Virus record (IMG/VR): IMGVR_UViG_3300035521_000126
Coordinates: 1-64,000 of that record
Reading direction: 5' to 3' (one strand)
Source of the DNA: an uncultured virus (IMG/VR IMGVR_UViG_3300035521_000126)
Taxonomy: Duplodnaviria; Heunggongvirae; Uroviricota; Caudoviricetes
DNA: 64,000 bases
Shown: in pieces, positions 1 to 10,907 of the stretch
Position numbering within the stretch: the first letter of the stretch is position 1
Layout of the letters: each line of letters starts with the position of its first letter
Notes under the pieces: model-generated
Databases searched by the model: none
Seen by the model: only the letters and a program-made list of their open reading frames with translations
Told to the model about the DNA's origin: nothing
Position numbers and translations under genes: made by a program

Positions 1-2
1 TG

Positions 3-914
3 GCTGGTTTGAGCTTTGCTGCGACTTCCGTTTCTCCTGAAATGATGTCCTCTAACCCTATGCTACGTTGGGCTTCTTTCGCTGTTGTTAATTCCATGAT
101 TGATATGATTGTTCCTGAAGTTCTGGATAAGTCTATCGGTCTGTATACCGAGCAGCGTTATGGCAATTACGGTGATGACTTTAGCTTTACCGTCGAGCCT
201 AACGACCTGTTCTATGTGTCTAAGGCTGGCCGCGATATGCGTACCACCGAGTTCCAGAAGGCTTTCGTTGGTCAGACCACGATTGTTCCTGAAAATCGTG
301 CTATTACGGTTGCTGTGAACTTCTATAAGGTGCTGTGCGGCAAGGAATCCCTCGCCAAGTTCGTGATGAAGGCTATTCTGTCTCTGGAAGCTCAGATTAC
401 CAAGGAAGTCTTTATTGCTTTCAATACTGCTATGGGCGAAATTCCTACTACTGCTGCGGACGATAATCTGCACATCACTGGCTGGGCGCAGGACTCTGCC
501 GTTCGTCTGGCTCAGACTGTTTCTGCTTACAATAATGGCGCAGACCCCATTTTCCTCGGCACTAAGCTGGCGCTGAATAAGGCTCTGCCCGCCAACTCTA
601 ACTATCGTTACGACATCCAGAGCGACTATGTGCGCGTTGGTTACATCCGTAACTTCATGGGCTATGACGCTATGGAGATGAAGCAGGTTGCTGATTGGAA
701 GAATCCTCATAAGCTGATTCTGGACGATAAGCGTATCTATGTCATTTCGCCGTCTACTCAGAAGCCTGTCAAGCTGTGCTATGAGGGCGCTTCTCGTACC
801 ACGAACATGGACTTCGCGGAATCTGCCGACCTGACCAGTTCGACCACCATCCAGAAGTCTTATGGTATTGGTATTGCTACCAACGCTCTGGTTGGCGTTA
901 TTGACCTCGCGTAA
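3..914 (+). CDS. Major capsid protein (5'-truncated by window edge)
   Basis: Frame is open from the window start; strongly biased high-expression codon usage; followed by a terminator and head/neck-type genes. Product inferred from position and size. Confidence 0.65.
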   Translation, partial: AGLSFAATSVSPEMMSSNPMLRWASFAVVNSMIDMIVPEVLDKSIGLYTEQRYGNYGDDFSFTVEPNDLFYVSKAGRDMRTTEFQKAFVGQTTIVPENRAITVAVNFYKVLCGKESLAKFVMKAILSLEAQITKEVFIAFNTAMGEIPTTAADDNLHITGWAQDSAVRLAQTVSAYNNGADPIFLGTKLALNKALPANSNYRYDIQSDYVRVGYIRNFMGYDAMEMKQVADWKNPHKLILDDKRIYVISPSTQKPVKLCYEGASRTTNMDFAESADLTSSTTIQKSYGIGIATNALVGVIDLA

Positions 915-945
915 TTGATTCTTTTTAGAATTTAATATATAAATT

Positions 946-973
946 TAGGGTATGGTATTTTTACCATACCCTA
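946..973 (+). terminator. Hairpin/terminator after capsid gene
   Basis: TAGGGTATGGTA-TTTT-TACCATACCCTA perfect 12-bp stem. Confidence 0.6.
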
Positions 974-1002
974 TTATTTATTGGGAATAAAGGAGTAAAG
1001 CA

Positions 1003-1686
1003 ATGTCTACTACAAATGAACAAATTAATGAATTAAAAAAAGAAATATCTGAAATGCAAAAGTCGCAAGCCGAAATTAATAAGCAGCTATTAGAAGCGCT
1101 TGGTAATTTAAGCACTATAATGTCTATTGCTGGTACTACAAAAGAACCAGAACCCATTAAAGAAACTGCTAATAACGTAAAATTCAAGCAGAAGAGTTAC
1201 GACAACACTTTGGAACAACCTAAGAGTGACGAACTAATTAGAATCGTTTCAATTTGTAAGGGAGAATTGAATCTGGTGGTTGACGGAAACCTCGCTATTA
1301 GATTAGAGAAGTTTGGCGACATTAAGCCCGTTCTGTATTCTCAGCTTGTAACTATTGTAAACCAGAATCGTCATTTTGCTGAAGCTGGTTTATTCTATAT
1401 CTTAGATGATAGAGCTGTTTATTATTTAGGATTAAGCGAGTATTATAAGAAAATTATACCAATTGAGACCATTGAGGGTATTGGAAATTATTCTGACGAT
1501 GATATTAAGCAAATTGTATCTGTCATGAATGATTCTCAAAAGGAAGTTCTTTGTAAAGTGCTTGCTGATAAGATTTATGCAAACGAAAATATTGACCGTA
1601 ACAAGGTTGAACTTGTTAGTAAAGTATGCAATATAGATATACAAGGAAAAGTACGGGAAATGCAAGAAATGGCTGAAATAATGTAA
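1003..1686 (+). CDS. Hypothetical protein (head module)
   Basis: 227-aa ORF with AAGGAG RBS. Confidence 0.75.
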   Translation: MSTTNEQINELKKEISEMQKSQAEINKQLLEALGNLSTIMSIAGTTKEPEPIKETANNVKFKQKSYDNTLEQPKSDELIRIVSICKGELNLVVDGNLAIRLEKFGDIKPVLYSQLVTIVNQNRHFAEAGLFYILDDRAVYYLGLSEYYKKIIPIETIEGIGNYSDDDIKQIVSVMNDSQKEVLCKVLADKIYANENIDRNKVELVSKVCNIDIQGKVREMQEMAEIM

Positions 1687-1694
1687 AATGAAAG

Positions 1695-2159
1695 GTGATA
1701 TATGTGAATACAGATTTTGAAGAGGTATATCATCTGTTTCTAAGTTCTATACAGGATTATAATTTAAAAAGACTTTTTGATACCGAAATAGATATAGCCG
1801 AGGATATGCTTTACACTTTACTTATGAGAAGTATTCCCAAATTCTATAACTGTCAAAAAGATATTAAGAAACTTGATTATAACAACCATCAGTTCTTGTG
1901 CGAGTTAGACATTGAAGAAAAGAATATTTTGTCCGAATTAATGGTATCTTCTTGGTTAGATTGGGTCGTTAATGATATTACTCAGATGAATATGCACTTA
2001 AATGATAATGATTTTAAACATTTTTCTGAGGAATCCAATTTAAAACAAAAATCAGAATACTCTGACCGTGTTCGTGAAAAAGTAAGTCAAGATATTGTTA
2101 ATTACGGATTATATAAAACAGATTTTAGCAAATGGGCGGTAGGTGATTACGGTGTTTGA
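1695..2159 (+). CDS. Putative head-tail adaptor/completion protein
   Basis: About 150-aa helical ORF downstream of capsid; function from position only. Confidence 0.5.
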   Translation: MIYVNTDFEEVYHLFLSSIQDYNLKRLFDTEIDIAEDMLYTLLMRSIPKFYNCQKDIKKLDYNNHQFLCELDIEEKNILSELMVSSWLDWVVNDITQMNMHLNDNDFKHFSEESNLKQKSEYSDRVREKVSQDIVNYGLYKTDFSKWAVGDYGV

Positions 2160-2481
2160 AGAAAAAGTAAATACTTTGGATTATGATAGCATCCAATATT
2201 ACCTTGACCATTGTATTAATAGAATTTTTGCTATTTTGGGAATTTACGAAGATTGTAATAAAAGAGGGGACATGAAGGATTTCCATATCTATTTAAGTAG
2301 ACTTGTAACAGAATTTTCTGGACTACAAGATTTATTTAAGTTGGATATTTTAATTTCACTAATTGGTATTCTCCAAGGTATGAATATCAATGAAGATATT
2401 AAACATTCAGAGGTGAAATCGCTTGTATTCCACTGCATATCTCTGATAAAGAGAGGTGCAAAAGAAAATGGCGTATTATGA
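2143..2481 (+). CDS. Hypothetical protein
   Basis: 112-aa ORF overlapping both neighbours. Confidence 0.65.
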   Translation: MITVFEEKVNTLDYDSIQYYLDHCINRIFAILGIYEDCNKRGDMKDFHIYLSRLVTEFSGLQDLFKLDILISLIGILQGMNINEDIKHSEVKSLVFHCISLIKRGAKENGVL

Positions 2482-3847
2482 TTCTTTTGTTAAGGTAAAT
2501 AAGTCTGCAAGTGTTAAGTGGAAAGATGATTTTCAGGCTCTTGCTAATAAAGAGTTTGAAGATTCTCCTACTTATCAGACGGACATAGAAGAAGAAGTAG
2601 AATTCGGTACTTTAATATTTGAACCAATAGAAGCTAGACTTACCAGCTTAATTGACCCTCATAGTGGCCTAAGAATTGCTGGTGATTTTGCAAAATTGAT
2701 TTTTAAGGACGGAGACTATAAGCCTCCGCTTGGTACTAGATATAGATTTGATGATAATATATGGATAGTTTACTCCATAGCTAATCAAAGAGCAGTAACT
2801 TCTCATGTTTATATTAGAAGATGTAATAACACATTAAGTAGCCAAGATGAATATGGTAATATCCATAGAGAGCCTTGTTATATAGATTACAATTTAAATG
2901 AAACTCAATTAAGTGCAAATGAATTACTTGACGTCCCTTCCGGGCGTTTGAATGTTTATTGTCAACTTAATCAATGGACTAAAGATATAGATGTAGACAA
3001 TAGATATATATTTGGAGAAGATGTATATAGAGTTAGATACAGAAGCAAGTACGACAGAAGAAACACATTTGATAATGATAGCTGTAAATTATTAACATTT
3101 TATGTAAATCAGGATAATAAAGCTACTGATGATAATTTTGAATTACAAGTAGCTAATTTTAAAGATTATAAATACTCCATTGAATGTATTGATAGTGTTG
3201 ATAATGTTGTTGGTACAACTGTCCAGTTATATCCAACTGTACTAAAAGATGGAGAAGAAGTAACAGAAGAAGTCTTTTATCAAACTTCCAATAGTAATAT
3301 TGTTACTGTTAGTAAAACGGGTGAATGTACTTTTATTTCTGAGGGCGAAACGACCATTACTATTCGTATGAAGAATTTTCCTGTATGTAAAAAAGTTATA
3401 CAGATTGTAATTCCTCAAGAAGAAACTGGTGAAACTGAAGAAACAGAAATTACTGATACTACGAAGAAAGCAGCAAAGAAGAAGTCAATTACACAAGTTG
3501 TTACAAAGAATCCTGCTGTATATATTTATCCTAATGTTAATAAGATTAAGTTAAATAATTCTATTGAATACAAGATTATTGGGGATTATGATTTCAATAT
3601 CTCTGTTGAAACCACATTACCCAATAAATATTATAAATTTAATTATTTAGGAGATAACAGGTTTATTATTAAAAATATGAAACCGTCTAGCACTCCTATT
3701 TATGTCGTTTATTATTCAGGAAATGATAGACCAAGTATTATTGATAAATATATCAGTCATGAACTAGAGTTTACCGATAATTATTGTTCTGAGCAAGACG
3801 GAATAGTATTTGGCATATATAAGATTGAATTAGGAGGGATAGTATAA
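2468..3847 (+). CDS. Putative neck/head-closure protein with Ig-like (Big_2-type) domain
   Basis: Motif FYQTSNSNIVTVSKTGECTFISEGETTITI is typical of bacterial Ig-like domains; ATG at 2468. Confidence 0.6.
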   Translation: MAYYDSFVKVNKSASVKWKDDFQALANKEFEDSPTYQTDIEEEVEFGTLIFEPIEARLTSLIDPHSGLRIAGDFAKLIFKDGDYKPPLGTRYRFDDNIWIVYSIANQRAVTSHVYIRRCNNTLSSQDEYGNIHREPCYIDYNLNETQLSANELLDVPSGRLNVYCQLNQWTKDIDVDNRYIFGEDVYRVRYRSKYDRRNTFDNDSCKLLTFYVNQDNKATDDNFELQVANFKDYKYSIECIDSVDNVVGTTVQLYPTVLKDGEEVTEEVFYQTSNSNIVTVSKTGECTFISEGETTITIRMKNFPVCKKVIQIVIPQEETGETEETEITDTTKKAAKKKSITQVVTKNPAVYIYPNVNKIKLNNSIEYKIIGDYDFNISVETTLPNKYYKFNYLGDNRFIIKNMKPSSTPIYVVYYSGNDRPSIIDKYISHELEFTDNYCSEQDGIVFGIYKIELGGIV

Positions 3848-4440
3848 TGGCTTATTACGAAGAATTATCTCCAATTTTAAACAGTATTATTGGAGAAAGA
3901 TTTCTAAGAAATCAAGAGTTATGTAAACTATTATACTGTCATGCTCCAAATTGTGATTCTTAGAATTCTGAAAAATGTGAAGATTGTGAATTACTAAAAG
4001 ACACAAGTAAATTATTTATGACATATATTTATCCAATGCCTAAAATGCCAGATACAAAAACCGACAAGGAATGCTATATTTGTGCATATTTTAATGGCGG
4101 CTACGAACCAGATAAAAATACTGGCGTGAGAAACGTCGTTCTTACAATAGACATTGTTTGTCATATAGATTTCTGGATGGTCGATGGTAATTATAGAGTG
4201 TATGAAATCATGCACCAAATAGATAAAATGTTGAATAATCAACTTACTGATTTGCCGATTTTAAATAAGCCTTATTTAAGAGGTTTTCAAGTTAGAACAT
4301 ATGAACAGTATTTTTATGGTGTTCAAATGTTGTATAATTTGCAAATCAACAGTAATATTGATTGTTCTCCAAATTCACTTAGTACAACGTTAAGGAAAGG
4401 CATGGTGTATGACCCTCAGTGGACAGATTGCAATTGCTGA
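3847..4440 (+). CDS. Putative tail terminator/completion protein (1 recoded TAG)
   Basis: ATG at 3847 overlaps the upstream TAA with a GGAGG RBS; TAG 3961-3963 is in frame with the 4018..4440 ORF. Confidence 0.7.
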
Positions 4441-5261
4441 GAGGTTGTCCATTAGAGCTTTCCGAAGGAGTATGTGTAAAACATCCTACGTTGGATGAAG
4501 TTATATCTTCGCCAAAATATTATGAATATTTGTCACTTATATTAACAACGTCTCTTGACGTTGCCGATGTATTGTGGTTTGAGCATAATATATGGTATGA
4601 GGATATAAAGAGTGAATGGAGCTTTTTTGTATAGAAATGTATTTCTGGAAATATTAGACATCCAATCGTTATTGATAACGATGGCAAGAAAACTATACAA
4701 AAAGATTGTGTTTTTGTTAATTCTCAATTTAGAGATGCGTTAAATTTCTTTCTTGGTTTAGAATGTGAATATATAGTATTTGTTGTTGAAAGTTCTGGTA
4801 CTCGTCAGGAAATATTCCAAACTGTAAAAACACAAGGAGAAAATTATATTCTTGATAAAGATACTTTTAGATTTACAGAGCATTATTACAATGAATTAAT
4901 ACAATATTTAAGACAAGTTAATTGGTTTAAACCAGACTATGATTTTACTCATGGTGGTACTAAGAAAGCTAAGAAATATATTCTAAATGAAAGATATAAG
5001 AAAAGAAAACACGTTGACGGAAGAAAAGACGATGAAGTCACTGTTGACTTATCAAGTATTGTTTCGTCATTAATAGCTCGTGGACAACCGTATAAGGATA
5101 TTTTTGATTATCCGATATACGTTATTTATAATTTATATCATCGACTTTCTAAGGTTGACGAGTATAAAAACACAATGCAAGCGCTTTATAGTGGTTGTAT
5201 TGATACGAAAAAGAATCCTATTAATTGGAATAAGATTAATTGGAGTTCTATAATAGAATAA
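4419..5261 (+). CDS. Hypothetical tail-module protein (1 recoded TAG)
   Basis: Frame stays open about 208 codons past TAG 4632-4634 to TAA 5259-5261, filling the gap before the tail tube gene. Confidence 0.75.
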
Positions 5262-5280
5262 TGAAATGGAGTGAATTTTT

Positions 5281-6120
5281 ATGGCATTAGCTACGCCTAA
5301 GAAATTTGCGATGCAACAGGTGTTTGAGATTTTGCTTAGACGGCCTCTGGATAAGAGCATCTATGCTTATCTGACCGACTGCAAGACCACTTCGCTGGAA
5401 AACAGTGTTGAAATGGTTTACCCCACTGGTGGCCGTGGCAACGTGTATATCGGCACTGGCTTTGCGCACAGCCGTAGAGCTACTTTCACTGTGGAAGTCG
5501 CAACTTTTAATACCGAAGTTATGGCAATTCAGAACGGTACGGAAATTGTCACTGATTCTCACGAGATTACCAACTATGAGATGATTGAGGCCACTGGTAC
5601 TGTTGAAAAGCCCGTGTTTAAGACCAGCAAGAAGGCTATTGGCACTACTTCGTCTGGCGAATCCAATGGCGACGAAATCAATTTCGTCTACATTCTGAAC
5701 AACGACGGCACTTATGGCGAAACCTATACTCAGGTTAAGGATAATCCTACTGGCAATCAGTTTACTTACAATGCGGAAACTCAGACTCTTACATTCGCGG
5801 AAGATTCTGGCCCGCTATATGAGGATAAGATTGCTTGCGCTTACACCTTTAAGACCGCTGACACTGCTCAGAAGATTACACTGAGTGTTGGCGCTACGCC
5901 TCCGACCGTGCTTGTTACCGCTTATGGTATTGCTCGTGACGTTTGCACTGGCGAACTGTTCCCCTGCGTGCTGGAAGGTCAGGCCGAAGTTGATGGCGAC
6001 TGGAGCTTTGATTTGAGCGCTGACGGCGATACGGTTGTTCAGAACTTCTCTATGGAGTTCGTGAAGCCTTGTCTGACCGAGAAGCTGTACGATTTCGTGA
6101 TTTATACGGACGAAGAGTAA
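5281..6120 (+). CDS. Major tail (tube) protein
   Basis: 279 aa, high-expression codon bias like the capsid gene, followed by a terminator, upstream of tape measure. Confidence 0.65.
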   Translation: MALATPKKFAMQQVFEILLRRPLDKSIYAYLTDCKTTSLENSVEMVYPTGGRGNVYIGTGFAHSRRATFTVEVATFNTEVMAIQNGTEIVTDSHEITNYEMIEATGTVEKPVFKTSKKAIGTTSSGESNGDEINFVYILNNDGTYGETYTQVKDNPTGNQFTYNAETQTLTFAEDSGPLYEDKIACAYTFKTADTAQKITLSVGATPPTVLVTAYGIARDVCTGELFPCVLEGQAEVDGDWSFDLSADGDTVVQNFSMEFVKPCLTEKLYDFVIYTDEE

Positions 6121-6140
6121 TCTTTGTCTTTTTAGTATAA

Positions 6141-6160
6141 GCCGGGGCATTAGCCCCGGC
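6141..6160 (+). terminator. GC-rich hairpin after tail tube gene
   Basis: GCCGGGGC-ATTA-GCCCCGGC. Confidence 0.6.
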
Positions 6161-6179
6161 AAATTTATTATTGATTATT

Positions 6180-6488
6180 ATGCCTTATCTTAATAGAAAA
6201 TGTAATTACTGCGGAAAGAAATATTATGTTTGCAAGTAGTGCGTTGGAGATAAGTCTTGGAAGAATATTTGTTGTTCAAGGGATTGTTTTAGAGCATATT
6301 TGAAGCAACAGCATAGAGAAATCAAACCCACTGTTATTTCAGAAGGTTCGTGTAACATAGAAGCACTTCTGAAAGACGGAACTACTATATATATAATTGG
6401 ATATGACTTAGAATTAAAAAAATTCGACTGTTCTGATGGAATTACCAGAACAGATAAAGATTTTGATAATTTAGACTTTATTAAATAA
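6180..6488 (+). CDS. Small Zn-finger protein (1 recoded TAG)
   Basis: MPYLNRKCNYCGKKYYVCK(TAG)CVGDKSWKNICCSRDC; TAG 6237-6239 lies inside a CxxC motif. Confidence 0.7.
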
Positions 6489-6795
6489 AGTGTATTGTCA
6501 AAATGACTTTATTAAATTAAGTAAATTGGTCAAATCCAATTATATTTTTTAGTGTTTCGGAGTATAAAATTACTGTTTTATTCATAAATGTGTATTCTCT
6601 TTTTTACGAAAATTAACTTTAATAAATAGACATCTTAAATTGACATTTTTCGTCAATATAAGTTTATCTTAAATTTGTTTAAGATTTAACTAGGTAAAAT
6701 ATCTCAGATTCGTTCTGAGATTTTTATAAGTTGAAACGTTCAACTTATTTATATCCGTGTTTTACTGATTTAATTATTGAAAAGGTGTGTTTATT

Positions 6796-7806
6796 ATGGA
6801 AATGAATTATGCTTCTAAAGGCGTTGCGGGTGCTGGTTTGGGTTTGGGTATGTAACAATGCCCTTAAACACCTTTGCTGTTTGACAAACGGGGTTATTAT
6901 TTTTTTACACGAATGGAGAAAAAATAATAGCTAACGAGGAAGGGTTACATGAAAGTTGAACTTAATCTCGTGGGAAGTCTGTATTTTATACAGAAACCTG
7001 TATCGACTAGCTTGGTTTACAAGCGTAGGGTAGATTTTGTCACTACTCGAAAAGGGTGTTGGCGACATTAAATATGTCGTTTAAGAAATAGTCAATGCTG
7101 ATAGAAATATCAGAACCACATGATTGCTGGCACAGCTTTAGGTGTCATCAACTCTGTTGGCGGTATGGGCGCACTGGCTGGTGTATTCGGTGGAAATAAC
7201 CACGGAAATACGTCTGCTGGTACTATTGAGGGTGCAGAAGCTCTCGGTTTAATGGCTGGCATGGCTATGAATCATGGTTATGGCTATGGTTATCCTGCTT
7301 CTGCTGCTCCTGCCGTTATTAACGAAGACCACTATGTAAACCGCTATGAATTAGGCTGTCAGGAAAAGTTTGAAAACGAGTTGTGCCAGAAGAATCTGGA
7401 ACTGGCTCAGAAGGACGCAGAACTTGCTCTGGCTGCTGCAAAAGAGAATACTCGCGGAGAAATGATTTCTCTGTATGAGCAGATTAAATCCGAAATGAAC
7501 ACTCAGAATGCTGCGAATAATGCACAGTTTGCTGCTATCAATCAGCAGCTAGGCCAACAGGCTGTTCAGAATCAGGCGAACAAAGATAGCTTCCAGCTTC
7601 TTCAGGAGCGTATGGACACTTGTGCCTCTGAACTGCATGGTGCTCTTGAACGCGAAGTACAAACTCGTAAGTGCAATGATAACCTCATTGTTACTTATAC
7701 GAATGCGACGTTCTATCCCAAGATGGTCGCTAATGTTACTACTGGCACTACCACTACGGCACAGGCTCTTTATAACCCGCTGCCCGCGTGCGACTGCAAT
7801 TGCTAA
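6796..7806 (+). CDS. Gly-rich N-terminus/coiled-coil protein, spliced (exons 6796-6849, 7123-7806)
   Basis: Joining the exons gives a continuous glycine-zipper-like segment MEMNYASKGVAGAGLGLG|IAGTALG. Confidence 0.75.
6850..7122 (+). ncRNA. Group I intron (273 nt, no ORF)
   Basis: P1 GGGU|AU...AUGCCC with U.G at the splice site; P7 GACUA/UAGUC (AAGAAATAGTC); terminal G7122; P10 CAAU/AUUG. Confidence 0.85.
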
Positions 7807-7922
7807 TTAACTGGCGTTAATTTTTAAATAATGTGTACGGTGTGCGTATTTAGGTGTATCGCACTTGAATTGCTTTCCTTAATAGTGAGCCGTATTTATT
7901 ATTTGAACAGGGGGAAATTGTA

Positions 7923-8267
7923 TTGGTTAGTATTGATTGTATTGGTAATGGTGTTGCTAAATTTGCAGACCGTGAAATTCTAAAGAATATTAATGGTTGG
8001 CAAAAAGTTGTTGTCGGTTCGGCAATCGCTCTCGCTATTAAGCGTGCTGGCAATATTGCTGCCTCATATAAAGACAACAAGGTTGTAAAGGCTCTTCAAA
8101 TTATGGATGATGATTGCAACATTGATATTGACGTACTTAGAGATGTTGTCAAAGAAAATGTCCCTAATTCTGGATTTGTTGTTACAGTCCCGATTCTTGG
8201 AGAATTAAAATTTCATAAGAGTGATGTAGACAACCTGTACGAAGATATAACCTCGTTTGTCAAGTAA
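7923..8267 (+). CDS. Hypothetical protein
   Basis: 114-aa ORF, TTG start. Confidence 0.7.
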   Translation: MVSIDCIGNGVAKFADREILKNINGWQKVVVGSAIALAIKRAGNIAASYKDNKVVKALQIMDDDCNIDIDVLRDVVKENVPNSGFVVTVPILGELKFHKSDVDNLYEDITSFVK

Positions 8268-8284
8268 ATAGTTAATGCGGAAGG

Positions 8285-8602
8285 TTGATTAACATGGTTG
8301 CAGATTCTTCTGAACTTGAACCAAAAGTGGTTCATCCTAAAGAAAAAGAAGCTACTTTGATGGATAAAGTATATGATAACTTTATCGACGAAGTTGGCGG
8401 TGTCACTGAATATTTAAATTTGGCAAAAGACTTTGATTATGATAATGACGATTATGTTTGTCAAGGACTTACATTAATTGCCAAGGACGAAGAATCTCAT
8501 GCCAGATTCTTATATGACGTATTAAAACGTCGGCATTATGAAATTCCAGAAAAAGATATTGAAAAATATCATGAAATGGAGAGAATGTTTCACAACTGGT
8601 GA
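8285..8602 (+). CDS. Ferritin-like four-helix protein (putative)
   Basis: DE...Y and DEESH (ExxH) motifs. Confidence 0.5.
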   Translation: MINMVADSSELEPKVVHPKEKEATLMDKVYDNFIDEVGGVTEYLNLAKDFDYDNDDYVCQGLTLIAKDEESHARFLYDVLKRRHYEIPEKDIEKYHEMERMFHNW

Positions 8603-8718
8603 GACACAAATTGGCTTCTTTGAAAAAGCTGACTATTTTTCTAAAAGAATAGATACTGTACTAAAATATTTTTCTTATGTTAGTAGAGTGTTTTAGTTTA
8701 TAATAAAAATATAATGTT

Positions 8719-8747
8719 GTCCCAGTGATGAACTGGGACTTCTTTTT
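8719..8747 (+). terminator. Rho-independent terminator
   Basis: GTCCCAGT-GATGA-ACTGGGAC-TTCTTTTT. Confidence 0.6.
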
Positions 8748-8773
8748 AAGTTTTAAAATTTAAGGAGAATTTA

Positions 8774-10312
8774 ATGATGACAAATTACAAGAAACTATTT
8801 TCTTTAATCGCTTCTATTGTAATTGCCACCAATATTACTCTCGGCGCATTTGCGGCATCCGTTGTAGATATTAATACTGGCAATGAAGTAAAATTTGATA
8901 CTGGAGAGCTACAAGAAGCTATTGATTATGCGCAGTCTCAAAGGATTGAAGACGGAGAAATTCACACAGTTACATTAACTACTGATGAAGTTTTAGACGA
9001 GTCATTAAAAATTACTGATAGTGTTATTTTAGATTTAAATGACAATACATTAACTGTTGACGAAAATGTTAATGATAATGTTATTGATATAGAATTAGAT
9101 AATGTTTCTGCGGTCATTATTGAAAATGGCACTATAAGTGGTGGAAATGATTATTATGGCGGTGGAATTCAAATCACCGATAATAATACCAGTGAAGATT
9201 CTACTGAAATTATTATTGATAATGTCACAATCACAAATAATTCTGCTGATTTTGGTGGAGGAATTTATGCTACTGGATTGTTGAATAATGGCAATGGAAA
9301 TATTACTATTATTGACAGTGAAATCTCTGGCAATACTGCTATTGAAAATGGTGGCGGTATTAATATTATTGATTTTGAAAATGTAATAATAAAAGATACA
9401 ATTATTTCTGACAACACAGTTGAAGGATTTGGTGTTGGCGGTGGAATTTCTGTCGATGGGGTTTCCAATCTTGTTATTGAAGATTCTAAGATTAATAACA
9501 ACACTGTTGATGGTCAATTCGGATATGGTGGAGGAATTTATACTACTGATGCTAATATCACAATTACTGGTAGTGAGGTTTCTGAAAATGAAGCTTCATG
9601 GGGCGGTGGCATTTTGGGATTTGTAAGTAATATCACATTAGATGATTCTGCTACAATTTCTAATAATGTTGCAACTAATTCAGGTGATGATATTTATATT
9701 ATCGCTAATAAATATTTTGAATCTACTATTACGTTGAATGCTCCTTCTGGAACTTTAAATTCTGATAATCAGAATATTGATGGTTGGTATGAAGATGGTG
9801 TAGACGCTTATAATCCATTACGTTGGAGCGAGTATATTGAGGAACTAGACAGCAATTATTATTCCAAGGAAGAAAATACTAAATTAGTTCTCAATAATGA
9901 TTTGGCCTTAAAAGCTGCCCACGGAGAAATTATAGAAGAAATTATTGACCCATCTGACGAAGATGATTCTAACCCTGAGTTACCCAAAAAGGAAGAAGAT
10001 TCTTTTGATGATGATGTAACCTATAAAGCTCCCCTCACCACAATTGATATTTCTTTGGATGTTGAAAAGCAGGACAAAGAAAACATAAAAGTAGTAGAAA
10101 CACGAGAAGAACCAATTGAAGAAATTGTTGAAGCAATTGAAGACACTAACGAGATTGAAATTATCGAAGAAGAAGTTCCAAAAACCGAGTTACCTGTTGA
10201 AATTGACGGCAGTATTCCTCGTACTGGTGACAACACATTTGTATGGGTTTGTCTAATTGTACTTTCCATCTCTGGCATATTTTTGTTTAGAACTAAAAAG
10301 AACGAAGAATGA
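8774..10312 (+). CDS. Sortase-anchored surface protein with right-handed beta-helix (GGGI) repeats
   Basis: N-terminal signal peptide (...GAFA), repeated N.A..GGGI motifs, acidic stalk, IPRTG sorting motif plus TM helix and RTKK tail. Confidence 0.8.
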   Translation: MMTNYKKLFSLIASIVIATNITLGAFAASVVDINTGNEVKFDTGELQEAIDYAQSQRIEDGEIHTVTLTTDEVLDESLKITDSVILDLNDNTLTVDENVNDNVIDIELDNVSAVIIENGTISGGNDYYGGGIQITDNNTSEDSTEIIIDNVTITNNSADFGGGIYATGLLNNGNGNITIIDSEISGNTAIENGGGINIIDFENVIIKDTIISDNTVEGFGVGGGISVDGVSNLVIEDSKINNNTVDGQFGYGGGIYTTDANITITGSEVSENEASWGGGILGFVSNITLDDSATISNNVATNSGDDIYIIANKYFESTITLNAPSGTLNSDNQNIDGWYEDGVDAYNPLRWSEYIEELDSNYYSKEENTKLVLNNDLALKAAHGEIIEEIIDPSDEDDSNPELPKKEEDSFDDDVTYKAPLTTIDISLDVEKQDKENIKVVETREEPIEEIVEAIEDTNEIEIIEEEVPKTELPVEIDGSIPRTGDNTFVWVCLIVLSISGIFLFRTKKNEE

Positions 10313-10400
10313 TAGAGTTGCCTACCATTTTATGGTAGGATTTTGTTATAAGCCCATAAGTATTTTGTATTTATGAGCTTATAATAGAAGGAGATATTTT

Positions 10401-10907
10401 ATGAACGACGGAAAAAGATTTGAATAGAACTTTGCCAATTCTGTTCCAGAACATATATATTTTATGAGGATAAAAGATAGCGCAAATAATTTTGGCAAAA
10501 CAAGCACTTCTAAATTTGCAACAGCCAATCCTTTTGATTGCTTTATATTTTACGAAGGGTATCTTATGCCATTAGAATTGAAGTCTACAAAAGGTACAAG
10601 TTTCAGTATTCAATCTGAAAATCTTGAAAAAGGAAAGGATATAAAATATCATCAGATAGTTGAACTCGCAAAATCAAATCAATTTTAGAACGTTATTTCT
10701 GGATTTGTTTTTGATTTTAGAATGTCCAACACATATTGGTTAAGCATTGATAATTTTTAGAAGTTTTTAAATAATACGACTAAAAAAAGTATTAATGAGA
10801 ATGACATTGTAAGATATGGCGGTATTTTAATAAATAAGAAAATAATGAGGGTAAATTACAAATATGATATACCTGAATTACTAAAAAGCATTTTAGAGGT
10901 GAATTAA
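10401..10907 (+). CDS. RecU-like Holliday junction resolvase (3 recoded TAG)
   Basis: GKRFE, PFDC, LELKST and HQ motifs; TAG at 10425, 10686 and 10758; AAGGAG RBS; TAA abuts the next ATG. Confidence 0.75.

Noticed and set aside
63..710. Long antisense ORFs over the capsid, tail-tube and ATPase genes
   Set aside because: Expected shadows of strongly biased codon usage on the coding strand.
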